DNA of 64,000 nt, from the NCBI GenBank assembly GCA_002245135.1, contig NGBS01001167.1, positions 186,001-250,000 of the forward strand, read 5' to 3'. This document shows positions 26,493 through 40,392 of the stretch, one piece after another. Under the pieces are notes generated by a model, which saw only the letters and a list, made by a program, of their open reading frames with translations, made no database searches and was not told the DNA's origin. Source of the stretch: Proteromonas lacertae (taxonomy: Eukaryota). Made by a program: the position numbers and the translations under genes. How positions within the stretch are numbered: position 1 is the stretch's first letter; each line of letters opens with the position of its first letter.

Positions 26493-29400
26493 CTAATTTA
26501 TATTAAAGAATTCTTTCAAAAGATCTTTCTTCATTCTTTCTTTTATCCCTTTCATCTCAATGCTTTTAATTAAGTAAAAGGTATTAAGAAATGATTTTAA
26601 TTCTTTCATATCTATATTAGCTTTTATTGATATTGATAATTTATCCAACCTTTCAAAGGTTTCGTTGTTTTCCTTTATTAATCTCAAATCTAATTCGCTT
26701 AACTCATATCCTTCAAAGTTTATTATAGTTATTGGTTTATAACCTTTCAATCTTTCCATTAACATCTTAAAACCTTTTTCACTCATCCCAATATCTATTG
26801 AGATTATAGAATTATGTTAAATACTTGAAAGATTCAATAAAAAGAAATTATTATCAAAGCTTTTTACTACAAAATTTTTTAAACGTTTGCATATCACTTC
26901 AACACCTTCATCTCCGATTTCATTATTAGCTATTGATACATATCTATCTGAATATGTTGGAATAGAATCTATCAACTCTTTTAACCCTTTGTTACTGATT
27001 TTATTATTGGACAAATCTAATCCTGAAAAATCAAGTCGTTTCAAAGATGATATGTGATAATCATTAACACTTAAACCTATTTCATTACAAATTTAGAGTT
27101 TATACTAGAGAAATCATATTTTGGATAATTATCCTTTTTCCTTTTAATATAATAATTCAAGTAGAATTCTGTTTCTGTATTTGTCCAAAATGAACATTTT
27201 ATATCTATAAATGGACGATTTATATTCTCTAATGATTTTGAACATATAGTCATTAATCCATTCATCCTGATATTATTTCCTTTCAATTTCATAATTTCGC
27301 ATCCTTTAATAGATTCAAATACAGAAGTCAATAACATTATACTCTCATCATCAATTGATATATTACTCAAATTCATTACAAATTTATTATCACTATAAAC
27401 ATTTAATGTATTTATAATGTTTAATAAAGATTGAAATCCAATATTACCTATTGGATTATCTATTAAAATAAATGATAAATATATATATACCATGAATGAC
27501 TAACCATGAAATACTATGTTCATCTTTCATATACTTTACTAAATATTCTATTCCATCAGCATCTATATTATTATTATTTATATCAACTAATCTAAAATGT
27601 CTTTGAATTATTTTCATTCCATTAACTAAACATTTTAATCCTATCGATGATAATCCCATATCTATTTCATGTTAAATTAGAATTGATTATACTTGAACAA
27701 TTAATTACCATACAATTATTTATTACATTCCAAATGAGTGGATAATACTTTCATTCCCAAATCTCCAATTCTATTTCCTGTTAACTCAAGCAATTCTAAA
27801 CTTGTGAATGAAGATAAATTATTAATGATTTTTTCTATACTTCTGTAAGTTAGTTTATTATCTAATAATCATTAAAAAATATTGAATATTATACTTCTTA
27901 AATCTAACTCTCTTATTTCCCCAAATTCATTTGATCTTAATGAAACAAAAGGTATGAAGATATTATCCATCAATTTCTGAATCATTATAAATCCAGTTTA
28001 TTGTTGTTGTATGTTCTTTTGATATACTTTATTAATTCTGGAATATCAACATCAACTAGTAATTCTTTACTTCTATTAAAATCAAATTCTATTTTTGAAA
28101 TAGGAAATTTTGAAAATAAGGCTTTTAATCCAATTGAATGAATGTTATTATTTCTCTGAATATCTATTTTCTTAAGATTTGGATATTTACATAATTTTTC
28201 TGACAATAATATCATTGATTCATCATCTAAATTCATTGCATAAAGATCTAATTCATTCTTTTCATTGATCAATAGATGAAGATGAGGAATTAATAATTTG
28301 AAACCTTTTGGACCAATTGGATTAACTATTACAAAACAAAAAATAAAATGAATACTAATACTATGAAGATTTAAATGTTGTAGTTTCATAAATGGAAATG
28401 AATTAACCAATAATTCAATAAAGTTAGATGTAAGATTCAGATAAGACAGGTCTAATTCTTGCAGATTTGATAATTGAACAAAATATAATCCAAACAATGA
28501 TTGAGTAGGGAGAGTGAAAATAATATCATCTAAAATAAATAAAAAATAAATAAACCATACAAAATTTCAATTTTAATATATTCATCAGTTTCAATATTCT
28601 GAACAAATAATTCATTCCTTCTTCACATAAACAGAAGCATCTTACATCTACTTTCATCATTTCTTTATTTTTTTCAACTCCTTGAATATTAAACAACTTT
28701 CCATCTAAAAAACTATTCCTTTCCATCTTTACATGTGTGATGAATATGGTATTTCAGTCTGTCTTTCATGGAAATATCTTCTTTGTATACTTTAAGCATT
28801 AATAATATAGACAGTATTCTTTCATTGTATTTATTATTGTATAAAATTATCATATTGTCTCGAATTTCTATTCAAATTTAACGATTATCAATATATTAAA
28901 TACTTTTCCATTCATTGCTTTTAACATAATATTCTGATGGATAAGCTATTGGAAATGTACCACTACAATTATCATTAAAGAATAATAACTCTTTTCTTTC
29001 TTTACACATCATCAAATTATTCTCTTCATCTCTCAACATCTCACTTATTTTTATCATTTCTTTACTCAACTCTTTTAAACTCAATCTATCTTCATTCTTT
29101 ACTTTCAACATTTTACCAATAATTTCTTTGTATATGTTATTTTTAATTACATCATTTGAATATTTACATTTCAGAATATTCTTTTTTGTTTTATTCATAT
29201 TATTATCTTCATTGAATGGTAATTTATTGTTTATCATTTCATACAAAACACATCCAATTGACCAAACCACACTTTTTTCATTACATTCTAATCCATTTAA
29301 ATCTTCAGGACTGATGAAAGCATAAATCATATATTCTCATGATCTTCTACTCTTCTAATATTATTCAAAAATAAATCACATAACTTCACTTTATTATACA

Positions 29401-29872
29401 CACACAAATTTTCATATACTACATTAGAACTCTTTAAATTATCTACAAAACCAAACCCATTTAATATCATCAAAATATCACATATTGAACATATTATACT
29501 ATTAATACTTTCACCTGAAATGGATTTACACTCAATCATAATCTCCAAGTCATCAAAATAGTATTTACGATAAACGAACATATAATTACTCAGTATAAAC
29601 ATTTTAGATGGCAATGTTAAGTCAAAGCAACAATCTAACAGTAAACAGTTATTCTCAATAAATTTTAATATTTTCTTTTCTTTAATTCCTTCGATATTTA
29701 ATATCTTTATATATTTAATCTGTTTCTGATGTTCTACTGTAAAATCTATTTCAGATGTGTGTTTCTTTCTTTTCTTTTTAATCTATTCAATATAACATTT
29801 GTATAATACTTCAGTACCATGTGGAAATAATGAATTCAATATGTTTTCAAGTGAAAGATTCAAAAAAAACAT
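26493..29872 (-). CDS. Pseudokinase plus RNI-type LRR protein (several frameshifts; possibly degenerate)
   Basis: Kinase-like AFISPE..VVWSIGCVLYEM..KLPF, lacking HRD/DFG. Long LRR array over many exons. Paralogue of 61147-63448. Confidence 0.7.
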
Positions 29873-30028
29873 TTGTTCGTTACATCTGTCAAGCCAAGTT
29901 TATTTTATTTGTTTTATTGTTTTTTCAGAATAATAAACACACATTTCATATTGATTAACAGAGTATAAATAGTTAATCAATTAATATAATTTCAATAATA
30001 AGAGTGAAATGAATGTAATAACAGAATA

Positions 30029-33000
30029 TTACATCATTTCAACTTGAGTTTGACATCCTTCTCCACTAAATCCATCAAAACATTCACAAACACCTGTTGA
30101 ATAATCGCATATACCTCTACCACTACAATCTCGATATTCATCTTTTCCATCTGTATTAGTATTTGTTGCTTCTTCTGGATCTTCACCAGATGGACATTCA
30201 ATCAAACTACAATCATATCCACGATGTCTCTTATCACATAAACAACCATAGATTCTTTCTTTATCCATTTCAATATTGTAATTCTCTAATTCATTATTTG
30301 ATAATAATTCACTCATTGCAACACATCTTCCATTTCCATTACAGTTATTTGGACAATCTAACCTTTGACAATAACTTCCACTAAATCCATCAAAACATGA
30401 ACATATTCCACTTTCTCTATCACATATTCCTTGTCCACTACATTCTAATTTCTTATGAATATCATTCATTGTTGTTGATCTTACTATTGAATAAGTACAA
30501 TCTGTAGAACTACATTTAATGTTTTTAAAATTTGATAATTTCAATCCCCAAAATGTATTTTTTGCTTCATCTAATTGTCTCATTCTAGTTCCAACTTTAT
30601 CATATTCTATTTGAACATTATAATCAATATTGATTATTTGATGATCAACTGATGATGATGATGATTTAGTTATAGAAAGCCAACTTCCAACTGATAAATA
30701 TTGTTTGATTTCATTTAATATGTCTTTATCTTCAATTGGACTAATTATCAGCATTTCTAATTCTTCCATCTTTTTTCCTATTTTAGCAGCTGCATATGGA
30801 TATGTACTTATAACATATCCATCACCATTACCACTAGGACTTACTTCACTTATTTTTCCACCATTAATATCTTCATTAGATAATTCTCCTCTATTACCAG
30901 CAACTGCTGATGGTATCTTTATATTTCCTTTATCATCAACTACAACTGTTTTACCTATTTGACTTTGACTTAAAGAAATTGGTTTTGCTTCACTATCAAA
31001 TAATGGATAACATTGAGATCCAGCTATAGGAACAGTTGGTTGAGGATCAGATAATACTACATCATTTCCTACTATCTCACTTACAAATGTATAATTACTA
31101 ATTGAACCATCTTTTGGACTAGCACAAGGTAAATCTAAATGAGTTGGAGATAATAATCGAAGTAATGGATTGGAATTTTCATTGTCAAAATCATCAAAGA
31201 ATCCTTTACTTATTAATAATGGACCAACTCCTTTCCAGATTATTTCACAATTATCTATATTACTACAACTTTCTTCTTTTACTTTTATTGCATTTGTACT
31301 TAAATCTTCATTTTTACTCATTATTTCAAATTTAAAGTCTTCTGGTTTTGTTCCTGCATTCATTGGGAATGTATATTCAATATTTAAACTTCCACCAATA
31401 TTACTATAAACTATTGCAGTTCCTAATTCTTTTCCTTCTTTGTCATAACATTTTAATGTTCCTCCAATTTCAGGTATTTCATTAATGATGGATTTTAATG
31501 ATTCTGAATCTGAAGCTTTTACTTCTGTTATTTCTTCTTTCACTACTCCACCAGAATTATATTTCCATTCAGATGGATTATCAATTAAATACTCATATCT
31601 ATAATCACTATCTTTTAATTCAATATTTCCATTTTCACCATATAATAATGAACATTCATTAGTTAATGCTGGATCAAATGTAATTTGAACAACATTTGTA
31701 TCATCTGTAACAACTTCAATTTTTATTGGTGCTGATGGTGTAGATATTATTTTATTACTATCTTTGCACACTACATTAACTGAAGAAACAGATTTAATAT
31801 ATGAAGATAGTAAATATTGAGATTTAGCATTTTCTATGGAATAGAGTGACAAATCATTATATTTCTTCATTAATTTACATCCTCTAAGATCATCAGACTT
31901 TCTATCTCCATTTATATAATAAACATCGTTTATTTTACCAATTATATTTGTTTGTATTGTATTACAAACCAATAATCCTCCAAATTTACCAATGTCATAA
32001 TTTACTCCTTTCACTTTGTATATGAATTTCTTTTCATCAGCAGTTGTCATATCATCATCTTTATCAACATATTTATTTCCATCTTCTAATTGTAATTTGA
32101 AAATATCACTATTTCCTATTTCAATATCTTTACCATCAATATCAGAAGCTAAATAACATGTGATCAGATTTATCTGCTAAATTACCATCCTTTGTTATAG
32201 TATACTTTAATGGTGATGCTTTATCTTTTGATAATGCAAAATCATAAATATCAAAAACAACTGAATTGTCTTACTTCCACAAATGAATTTTGCAGCTTCT
32301 TTGTTGGATGATATAAATTTATTATCAAATAAACTCAATTCAGAATTTGGATATATCAAAGCGCAAGTATCATCAGTACATGTTAATGTTAATTCATTTA
32401 TTGTTGAAATATCATTCATTTTCATTATTACATCACAATGATCAATACCTGTTTTATCAGCATCAGTAATTGTTTCTGATGTTGTTACATAATAGCTATT
32501 ATCATCATTTTAATCCAATTATTTGGACTTCTGAAACAAATGAATTATCAGCTTCAAAACAACTTAACAATGCACCACTTTTGCCAATATCATATTTAAC
32601 ACCACTCATTGTATATATTGGTTTAGCTGCATCTGTTCCAGTTATTGGAGTTTTTATTGTTTTACTATCATCAGCTGCAAATGTAATTTTGTTTTGAGTA
32701 TGAGTATAAATTCCATCTTCTTTCTTTGTCAATTTGAATATTTTAGTTAAATCACTTTGTAATATATCTTTTATTGGACTTCCATCACTGTATGATAATA
32801 AATAACACACTTCTTTTTCCTTCACACACTTCTCACAAGTAAATTCTAATTTTTCTTTTCCTTGTTCTTTAGTATCTATTACTCTTGTTGTATCACGAAT
32901 AGTAATTGTATTATCTTTATTATGACAAGCAAATTGATATTTATCATTTTTACTTTCTAAGAAATTTGTTCCTTCATCTAAATAACTATAAACATCAGTC

Positions 33001-34858
33001 CATGATATTGGATTTGAATGCAGCTTCTATGGTGTAAGGATTAAATAATGATAAATCAGAGTGTTTTATTGTCATATTACATATATCAGTTTCTAATGGT
33101 GTTGCTGGGGGTGTTGGTGGTGTAGTTGTTTTAATTATCGCTATATCTCCTTTCTTTCTTAATATTTTTGCTTCATATCTTTTATTATCACTATAATAAC
33201 ATTCTAATGTTCCACCTGAAGGACCAACATTATATTTACCACCTGGTAATTCGTAAATATTTGATTTATCAGGTATTGGTTCTACTTTTTTATATGTGAA
33301 ATCTCCATATTTTGATACTTGCAAATGATATTTTTCCAAATAAGTACCAGTTACACTTTCTACTTCTATCATTTTATTATTATTAGCATTATTTGCATCT
33401 GTTTTTGCTAAAATATAACATGTATAATCTCCACTTGGTATATCACATGTTGCTTTGGTAAATGTAATTTCATCACTAGTCAAACCGTATGTAAATTCAT
33501 CATATACTTTTACATTATTGTCTTCATCTTTACAAGCAAAAGAGAATTCTTTCGCAGAATTATCTGGTCTGTTTATCAATGATGTTGATGATGTTGGATC
33601 TGTTATTACTTTTGACATACCATCCCATGTAATTGTACAATCTTTAGTTTTATCACCATCACTATTCATCTCAGCAGGGAAATAATATGACAAATCATCA
33701 TATCCTAAATATTGTTTACATTTATATTCTTTTGCAGATGGAGTTTCATCTTTTCCTAATTCAATATCATATGCAATATAATATGTTGTAGTAGTTGTTG
33801 AATCTACATTCATTAAATATGCTTTTGTTGATGTTGAATATGGTGTAATACATTCTAATACTCCAATTTTAGCATTCTCAATTTTTATAACACCATTTGC
33901 ATCAACTATTGAATATACCTTCATTGTTTTTTCTTCAATCTTTAACACAGTAGAAGTTGCTGTTACTGTAACAGCTTCTATTTTTGTTCTGATGCTTTCA
34001 GTAACTTCTGCTATTCCTAATAATGAACAAGATTTTTGTAATGCTGGAGTTGGTGTAATAGCAACTGTAAATTTCACTCCTTTTGGATCTAATGGAGTTG
34101 CATTTTCTTCAACATCTACTGTAAAATCAATTAATCCTCCTGTACATTCAAATTTACAAGTTGACGAAATTTCTAATGTAGAGATGATATAACCCATATT
34201 CTCCCAAGTAATAGTAAATGAAGCAGAATCTGTTGTATCTTTTTTATCATATATCAATGAATAATCACTATATTCTAATATCATTATGTAGGAGTATAAT
34301 TCTGGAGTGTAAACTTCACTCTTAGTAAACTTCATGAAACAGATAGTTGTATCTTTTTTGCAGAATATATCTAATTTATCTACAAATTTACCAGTATTAT
34401 CATAACAGTATAATAGACCACCAACTTTATTAAATGGACCTTCTAATTTCACTTCATAGAAATAAGTACCAACTATCTTGGTTGAAGAACTGACTGTAAT
34501 TTCACCTTCTAGTCTTCTAACTTCATTCATACTTCTCAACTCTCTCAATGGTTGATTTCCATCTTCAGTCTTACGAGTTTTATAATCATTTTCACTGGTC
34601 ACTGCAGAAAAAGGAACATCAATTCCACAACTCTCTAAATAATTATATTAATGTAGATTTCATACTTTTAGAACAGTCTGAGCCTATCCAACTGTAAGTA
34701 CTGAATGAACCACCACTAGACAATATTCCAATGTTCTTTTGGCATTCACACACATTATTTTTACATGTGCCGTGACCACTACAGTTGTTTGGACAGATGC
34801 TAATCACCACACTCAACAATATGCTGATAACAACGAGATAAAAGGTTATTCTTATCAC
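30029..34858 (-). CDS. Large secreted EGF/tenascin-repeat protein related to stramenopile mastigoneme proteins, with a long repetitive insert
   Basis: Signal peptide plus CPNNCSGHGTC. C-terminal ECSGQGICDRESGICSCFDGFSG..CQRLDCPNNC and CSGRGICDYSTGVCECFDGFSG..CQTQ. Several frameshifts between 32150 and 33000. Confidence 0.75.
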
Positions 34859-34972
34859 TTTTCAGATACGTTTGATTTGGGGTATGAAAAATGAAATGAT
34901 ATTTTTACATTAACCAAAAATTTAAAAAAACACAAAATAACAGCAATTACCTACAATTCATTAAATTACTAT

Positions 34973-36160
34973 TTAAACACTTAAATTTTCTTCATAACTA
35001 CTAAATATGTTAGTAGCATCCACTTCCAACGTCAAATCATCAAAGAATGGATGTTTAATTGCATCTTCTGTATTAATTCTATTCTCTGGGTTTAATTCCA
35101 ACATCCTAGAAAGTAAATTTAATAAATTCTTATCATTGCGACTATCAATCTTCTCATGAAGTATAGAAGTAGGTGGAAATGGATTTTCTGTATTACTCCA
35201 TCTTTCAATATTGTTATAATATTCACATTGATTCAAATCACTCCAATCCTTTATTTTTGGTAAACTTAAAACATTAAATATTTTATTACATTGTTCAATC
35301 TATTATAATTTATATAAAAATATATTAAAATAAATATACTTGAAAAACATTTCCACTTATTTCATTTCCTTTAAACATCACTTCTAAATTCAACATCTAA
35401 ATATAATAAATAAATAATAATAATAAAATACTTCACAAAAAATACATCCAACTGACCAAATATCCACAGCAGTGTTATAACTCTTACATCCCAATAATAT
35501 CTCAGGAGATCTATACCATAATGTTACAATATTCAAATCTAAATGTTTTTGAGAATTAATATAATTATTAACAGATGGATTCATAACATGAGATAGTCCA
35601 AAATCTGTTATTACTACATTTCCTGTATTTCTTGATAATAGAATATTTTGTGGTTTTATATCACAATGTATAATCCAATTGTTATGTAAATGGTATAATC
35701 CTTTTAATATTTCATATAATATGTATTTTATTGTTAATAATTGTATTGGTTCTTTCTTTTTTTGATGATATCTGATGAATTTATGAAGATCATATTCAAC
35801 TAATAACAATATAAAGCAATTCATCAATACAATAATTATAAATGAGACTCAATTCTGGTGTAGAGTAATTATAAACAATATCAATGAGTTTTACAACATT
35901 TGGATGGTGAATTTCCTTCAGTATTTTAATTTCTCTTATTGTTGATACTGAAAGATAAACTTCATTATGTGGTTTTATTTTCTTAATAGCAACATAATTT
36001 TCATCATTATCTGAATTAGATATACTTTCTGATTTTTTAATTCCTTTATAAACAGTTCCATAGTTACCATGACCTATCTAATAGATAAAATGACTAGTAT
36101 TACTTCTCGAAGTAATGTATATTCTTCTTCTAATGTTGTTGTTGATGAAATAATTGACAT
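34973..36160 (-). CDS. Cyclin-dependent kinase, CDK8-like
   Basis: IGHGNYGTVYKG, SVSTIREIKILKE, EYDLHKFIRYH, NWIIHCDIKPQNILL and IVTLWYRSPEILLG. Confidence 0.75.
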
Positions 36161-36264
36161 TTTTATATTATTATGTCAAACAAAAGCTTGAACAAAGAAA
36201 AACAAAAATAACAATAAAAGAATATAAATATTAAGAAAATAAATATGACAACGAAGAGTATCAA

Positions 36265-37296
36265 CTACCTAACAGTCTTTGGCCTACTAGCTTCTGGATC
36301 AAACTCATCACTTCTAACATCAGCTTTATATTCAGCAGTATGAGAGTATCTACATGGCCTAATCCTACAACTAGCTGGTTTTAATCTATTTGGTGGTTTA
36401 TCTGGTAATTTAGGCATCTTGGTATAAAGATAATCTGTTTGTCTCTTATATGCATTATCCAAACTAGTTGTACCATTCACAGTAGTATTTGATATTTTCT
36501 TCCACTTTTCTAACAAATATCTCTCTTTGGCTTCTGTTTTTTCTTTATGCTCTAAATAGATTCTATTTCTATTCTGCATAAACTCTTTTTTGTTATTATA
36601 TAAATTATAAAATCTATTAGTATTTAAAATCCTCTTATATTCATTATAACTAGCTTGATCTAATTCTACATCTTTTTTGTCTTTTATAAATTTATTATAT
36701 TTCTTATCATTATTATCTAACCATCTTCTTCTCTGTTCATTTTTATGTTTTATTCGATCATTTATTTTCTCTATTTTCATATTCATTTGTTTTGTGTAAT
36801 AATTATTTTGATTTACATCTTCATTTAATTCTTCTTTCTTTGGTGAAACTTTATTGATTTTGTTTTGATATAATTCCATTTGTTCGTTTATATCTGATAA
36901 TTTTTGCTCATATAGATCTCTTACAGATGATAGTTCTATTTTCTTTCTTTCAAAATTTCTGACAGCCTATTTATGATAAAAATAAATAATCAACTACAAT
37001 ACTTTTCTTAAATGGGGTGGATATTGTTCTACTTTAACTTCAGGATCTATGAATTCATAAATATTAGATGATTCTTCACACTGCTGCAAATGATCTAACA
37101 ATTCTTCTTTTTTTAGTTGTAGTTCATCCAATTTCTTTTGTAAGGCAGGTTTTTCAATTGATTCGTTAAGTTCATATCTTGTACTCTTTGGATCAGTTGA
37201 ACAATATTGATTTATTACTCTATTTGGTTTTCTTAAAGGAATCATCATTTTATGCTCCTGCTTTATATAATCAGTATTGTTCAAAAACATATACAT
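36265..37296 (-). CDS. Hypothetical basic coiled-coil protein (2 exons)
   Basis: Two ORFs joined by a small GT-AG intron near 36967-37000; K/E/N-rich heptads. Confidence 0.6.
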
Positions 37297-37427
37297 GGCT
37301 AAAGAAATTCAATAAATAAAAAATAACTGTTTTTATTATCAAACATTGCTTGACAAATTTTTAGTCCTTCAATAGTATTATAAAAAACATAAACAAAAAG
37401 GGAAATAAAGTATAAATTTTACATATT

Positions 37428-38415
37428 CTAATTTAATTCTTGTATTCTCTTCCATATACTCATTATTCTTAATGCATTCTTATAATGTAATCTCTCTATC
37501 AACTGTCCATTCAAAGTAACTAACTCAGTATTAGCCTTCTCATATGCATCAATCACTTTCTTAGAATATTCAACTTCTTCTTCACTTGGACTATATATTT
37601 TATTAGTAACATCAATAGTAGAAGGATGAATTAATGTCTTTCCATCAAAACCTAACATTTTGCCATGTTGACAATGTTTTTCAAAACCAACTAAGTCTTT
37701 ATAATTCAAATATACACCATCCAATGCAGCTATAAATTAAAAATAAAAAAAATAAAAAACATTAAATATACATTTATTATAAGCTCTAGCGGCTGTTATA
37801 CATTGTGATAATGAATATAATAGATTCTCTCTATTTGGAGCTTCTTTTATATGCATATCTTTAACTAAATCTGATGTTCCCATTACTAAAGCGGTGATTC
37901 TTTTACTACAACCACATATTTCTTTAGCATTTAATACACCAAGTGGAGTTTCAATTAAACACCATATTTTCATTGATTCTGGAGCTTTGCACTTTTGCAT
38001 TAATTCTTCTAATTCGTAAATATTCTCTTTTGTTTCTACTTTTGGTAATGCAACTCCATCTACACCACTTTTTCGAAATCATTTCAATATCTCCTTTTCC
38101 CCATTTTGTATTAAGACAATTTGCTCTGATTATCATTTCTTTTTTAGGGAATTTAGTGGTATTTAAGAGAGCTTTGATATTATCTCTTGCAACTTCCTAA
38201 TTATTTACACAATAAGTAAGATAAAATACTTTATTTGATGGTCCTACTGCATCTTCTAAATCCATTATAACACAATCTGTTTTTAATTTTGATAATTTGC
38301 TTAATGCTTTTACATTAGCGCCTGGAACATATAAAACACTTCTTCTTGGTCTCAATTCTTCAGCAAGTGCTTCTGTGTTGATAGATCTGCTAAGACGACA
38401 GAGAAATTTATTCAT
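37428..38415 (-). CDS. HpcH/CitE family CoA-ester lyase (citrate lyase beta-like / malyl-CoA lyase-like)
   Basis: RPRRSVLYVPG, MDLEDAV, LIETPLGV, MGTSDL and GFDGKTLIHP. The N-terminus resembles a mitochondrial presequence. Confidence 0.88.
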
Positions 38416-38550
38416 TTCTATTAATACAATTTAATACATAATCAATACACATTATTTGTATTTCGAAATACACAATAATCAAATGTTTTTTATTTCAAAA
38501 TTTACTAACAAACAATATCAAAATAATCAATAAATGTTATTTAAGAAATA

Positions 38551-38614
38551 AATTTCCATCAAACAAATTTCTTGACAAAATGTCATTTATAAAATTCGTT
38601 TTCATCATGAAATT
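38551..38614 (-). promoter_or_regulatory. Eukaryotic SECIS element (type II) in the 3' UTR of thioredoxin reductase
   Basis: Minus strand reads aatttc-atg-ATGAA-aacgaatttt-at-AAA-tgaca-ttt-tgtca-a-gaaatttgtt-TGAT-g-gaaatt: helix I, ATGA/GA core, ~10-bp helix II, unpaired AAA and an apical mini-stem. Confidence 0.9.
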
Positions 38615-38708
38615 ATACTTCCTAAATTCAGTAATTAGAAAATTAGTGAAGAATATGTTTGAATTCTCTCTTTCTTTCCATAAAATTATATGAAAAATAA
38701 GAGAGAAT

Positions 38709-40223
38709 TTAACCTCAACATCCTCCTTTCTCAGCAGAAACTCCTGAACTTTTAGTAATCTCCATTGTAGTAAATTCCTCAGCAATAGTAGGATGAATAC
38801 CCACTAATGAGTTAATATCGTTATATGTACCATTCATCTTCAAGCAAATAGCATATCCTTGAACAATCTCACCAGCATTAGGTGATAATATATGAATACC
38901 TAATAATCTCATATTGTCATTCTTATTGCAAATCATCTTGGCAAAACATTTATTTTTTGGTCGTTTTGAGGTTATAGTCCATTCTAATGGTGTAAAGTTG
39001 CTAATAAACACTTCAATATTATCCTGACCATATCTATTTATAGCCGTTTCTTCAGTTAAACCACAACTTCCATATTCTAAAGGAGTAAATACAGTCATTG
39101 GTATTTTTTCATAATCCATTTCAATTTTACTATTACCAAATAATCTTCTAGCTAATAATCTACCAGCCATTATTGCTACAGGTGTTAATTCTTGTTTTTC
39201 ATATAATACATCACCAATTCCATAGATATTACCTATATTGGTTTGTTCATGTTCACATTTTATTTTTCCATTTCTTTCCAATTTTATTCCTAATTCTTCT
39301 AATCCAATATCTTTAGTGACTGCATATCTACCAATTGCACTTAATACTGTATCAAATTCTTCAGAATATTCACTACCATTCTTCTTATAATACACTTTTA
39401 ATTTACCTGTTGATAATTTCTCGATTTTGGAAGGTATTGTTTCTTTTATGAATTTTATTCCTTCTTCTTCTTCATATTCACCGATTTTCTCTGCACATTC
39501 TCTATCAAATCCTCTTAATAATATTGATCTTACCATCACAGTTACATCGAATCCAAGTAATTTCAAGAATCCAGCACATTCTAAAGCGACGAAGCTTGCA
39601 CCAACTACGAGTGTTTTTCCTGGTGGATGGTCTAACATGAATATATCATCACTTGATATAGCGTAGTCACTACCTTCACAATCTAATTTTGAGGGTCTTC
39701 CACCTACAGCTACTACTATATTTTTGCATGTATAAGTGACTTTATTTCCCATTATATCAGTACCTTCCACTTGGTTCTTAGTAAGGATTTTACAGTATTG
39801 ATTTTTATATTCTACATGCTTGTCTTTTAAAGAGATTGCATAGTTATAATTTAAGGAACGGATATGATCTTGAACATTGTTTACTAATGTATTCCAATGG
39901 TGATGAATTGTTGGACAATCCCAACCAAATGCTGGTCCATCTCTCATCATTTCACCGATTATGGAGGCTTGATGCATTAATTTCTTAGGAATACATCCTA
40001 CATTCACACAAGTACCGCCTAAACCCCATACTGAACCATAAGGTGATGGTTTAACGAAATCAAAAACAGCTACTTTTGCTCCTAAACCGGCAGCTTCCTT
40101 TGAACACGCCAAACCTAAATAAATAAACACAGATCATATAAAATATTATATACCTCCACTACCACCTCCAATTACAATTAGATCATAGTCATAACTAATA
40201 ATTTTATCAGTTGTAGTAGTCAT
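38709..40223 (-). CDS. TXNRD: Thioredoxin reductase, high-Mr type, selenoprotein (C-terminal GCUG)
   Basis: GGGSGG FAD motif (exon 1, 39-nt intron 40115-40153), CVNVGC redox centre, IHPT..E. Ends GGA TGT TGA GGT TAA, with TGA at 38715-38717 read as Sec. Confidence 0.95.
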
Positions 40224-40392
40224 AATATTCTATGTTCCTTATTTACTTCTAAAATCACAAACAAAGAATATTGAAGAAAAGCTTGAATTTTGATTTGTTA
40301 AATAACATGAGGCTTAAAAATAAATCATCAAATAAAGATAAAAATCAACCTTAAATATTATGTTATGTTTTAGTTTTTACATTTAAAATAAG

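Noticed and set aside
38537..38785. 82-aa minus-strand ORF overlapping the TrxR end
   Set aside because: Out-of-frame run through the TrxR 3' UTR and SECIS, with no ATG start and no protein-like features.
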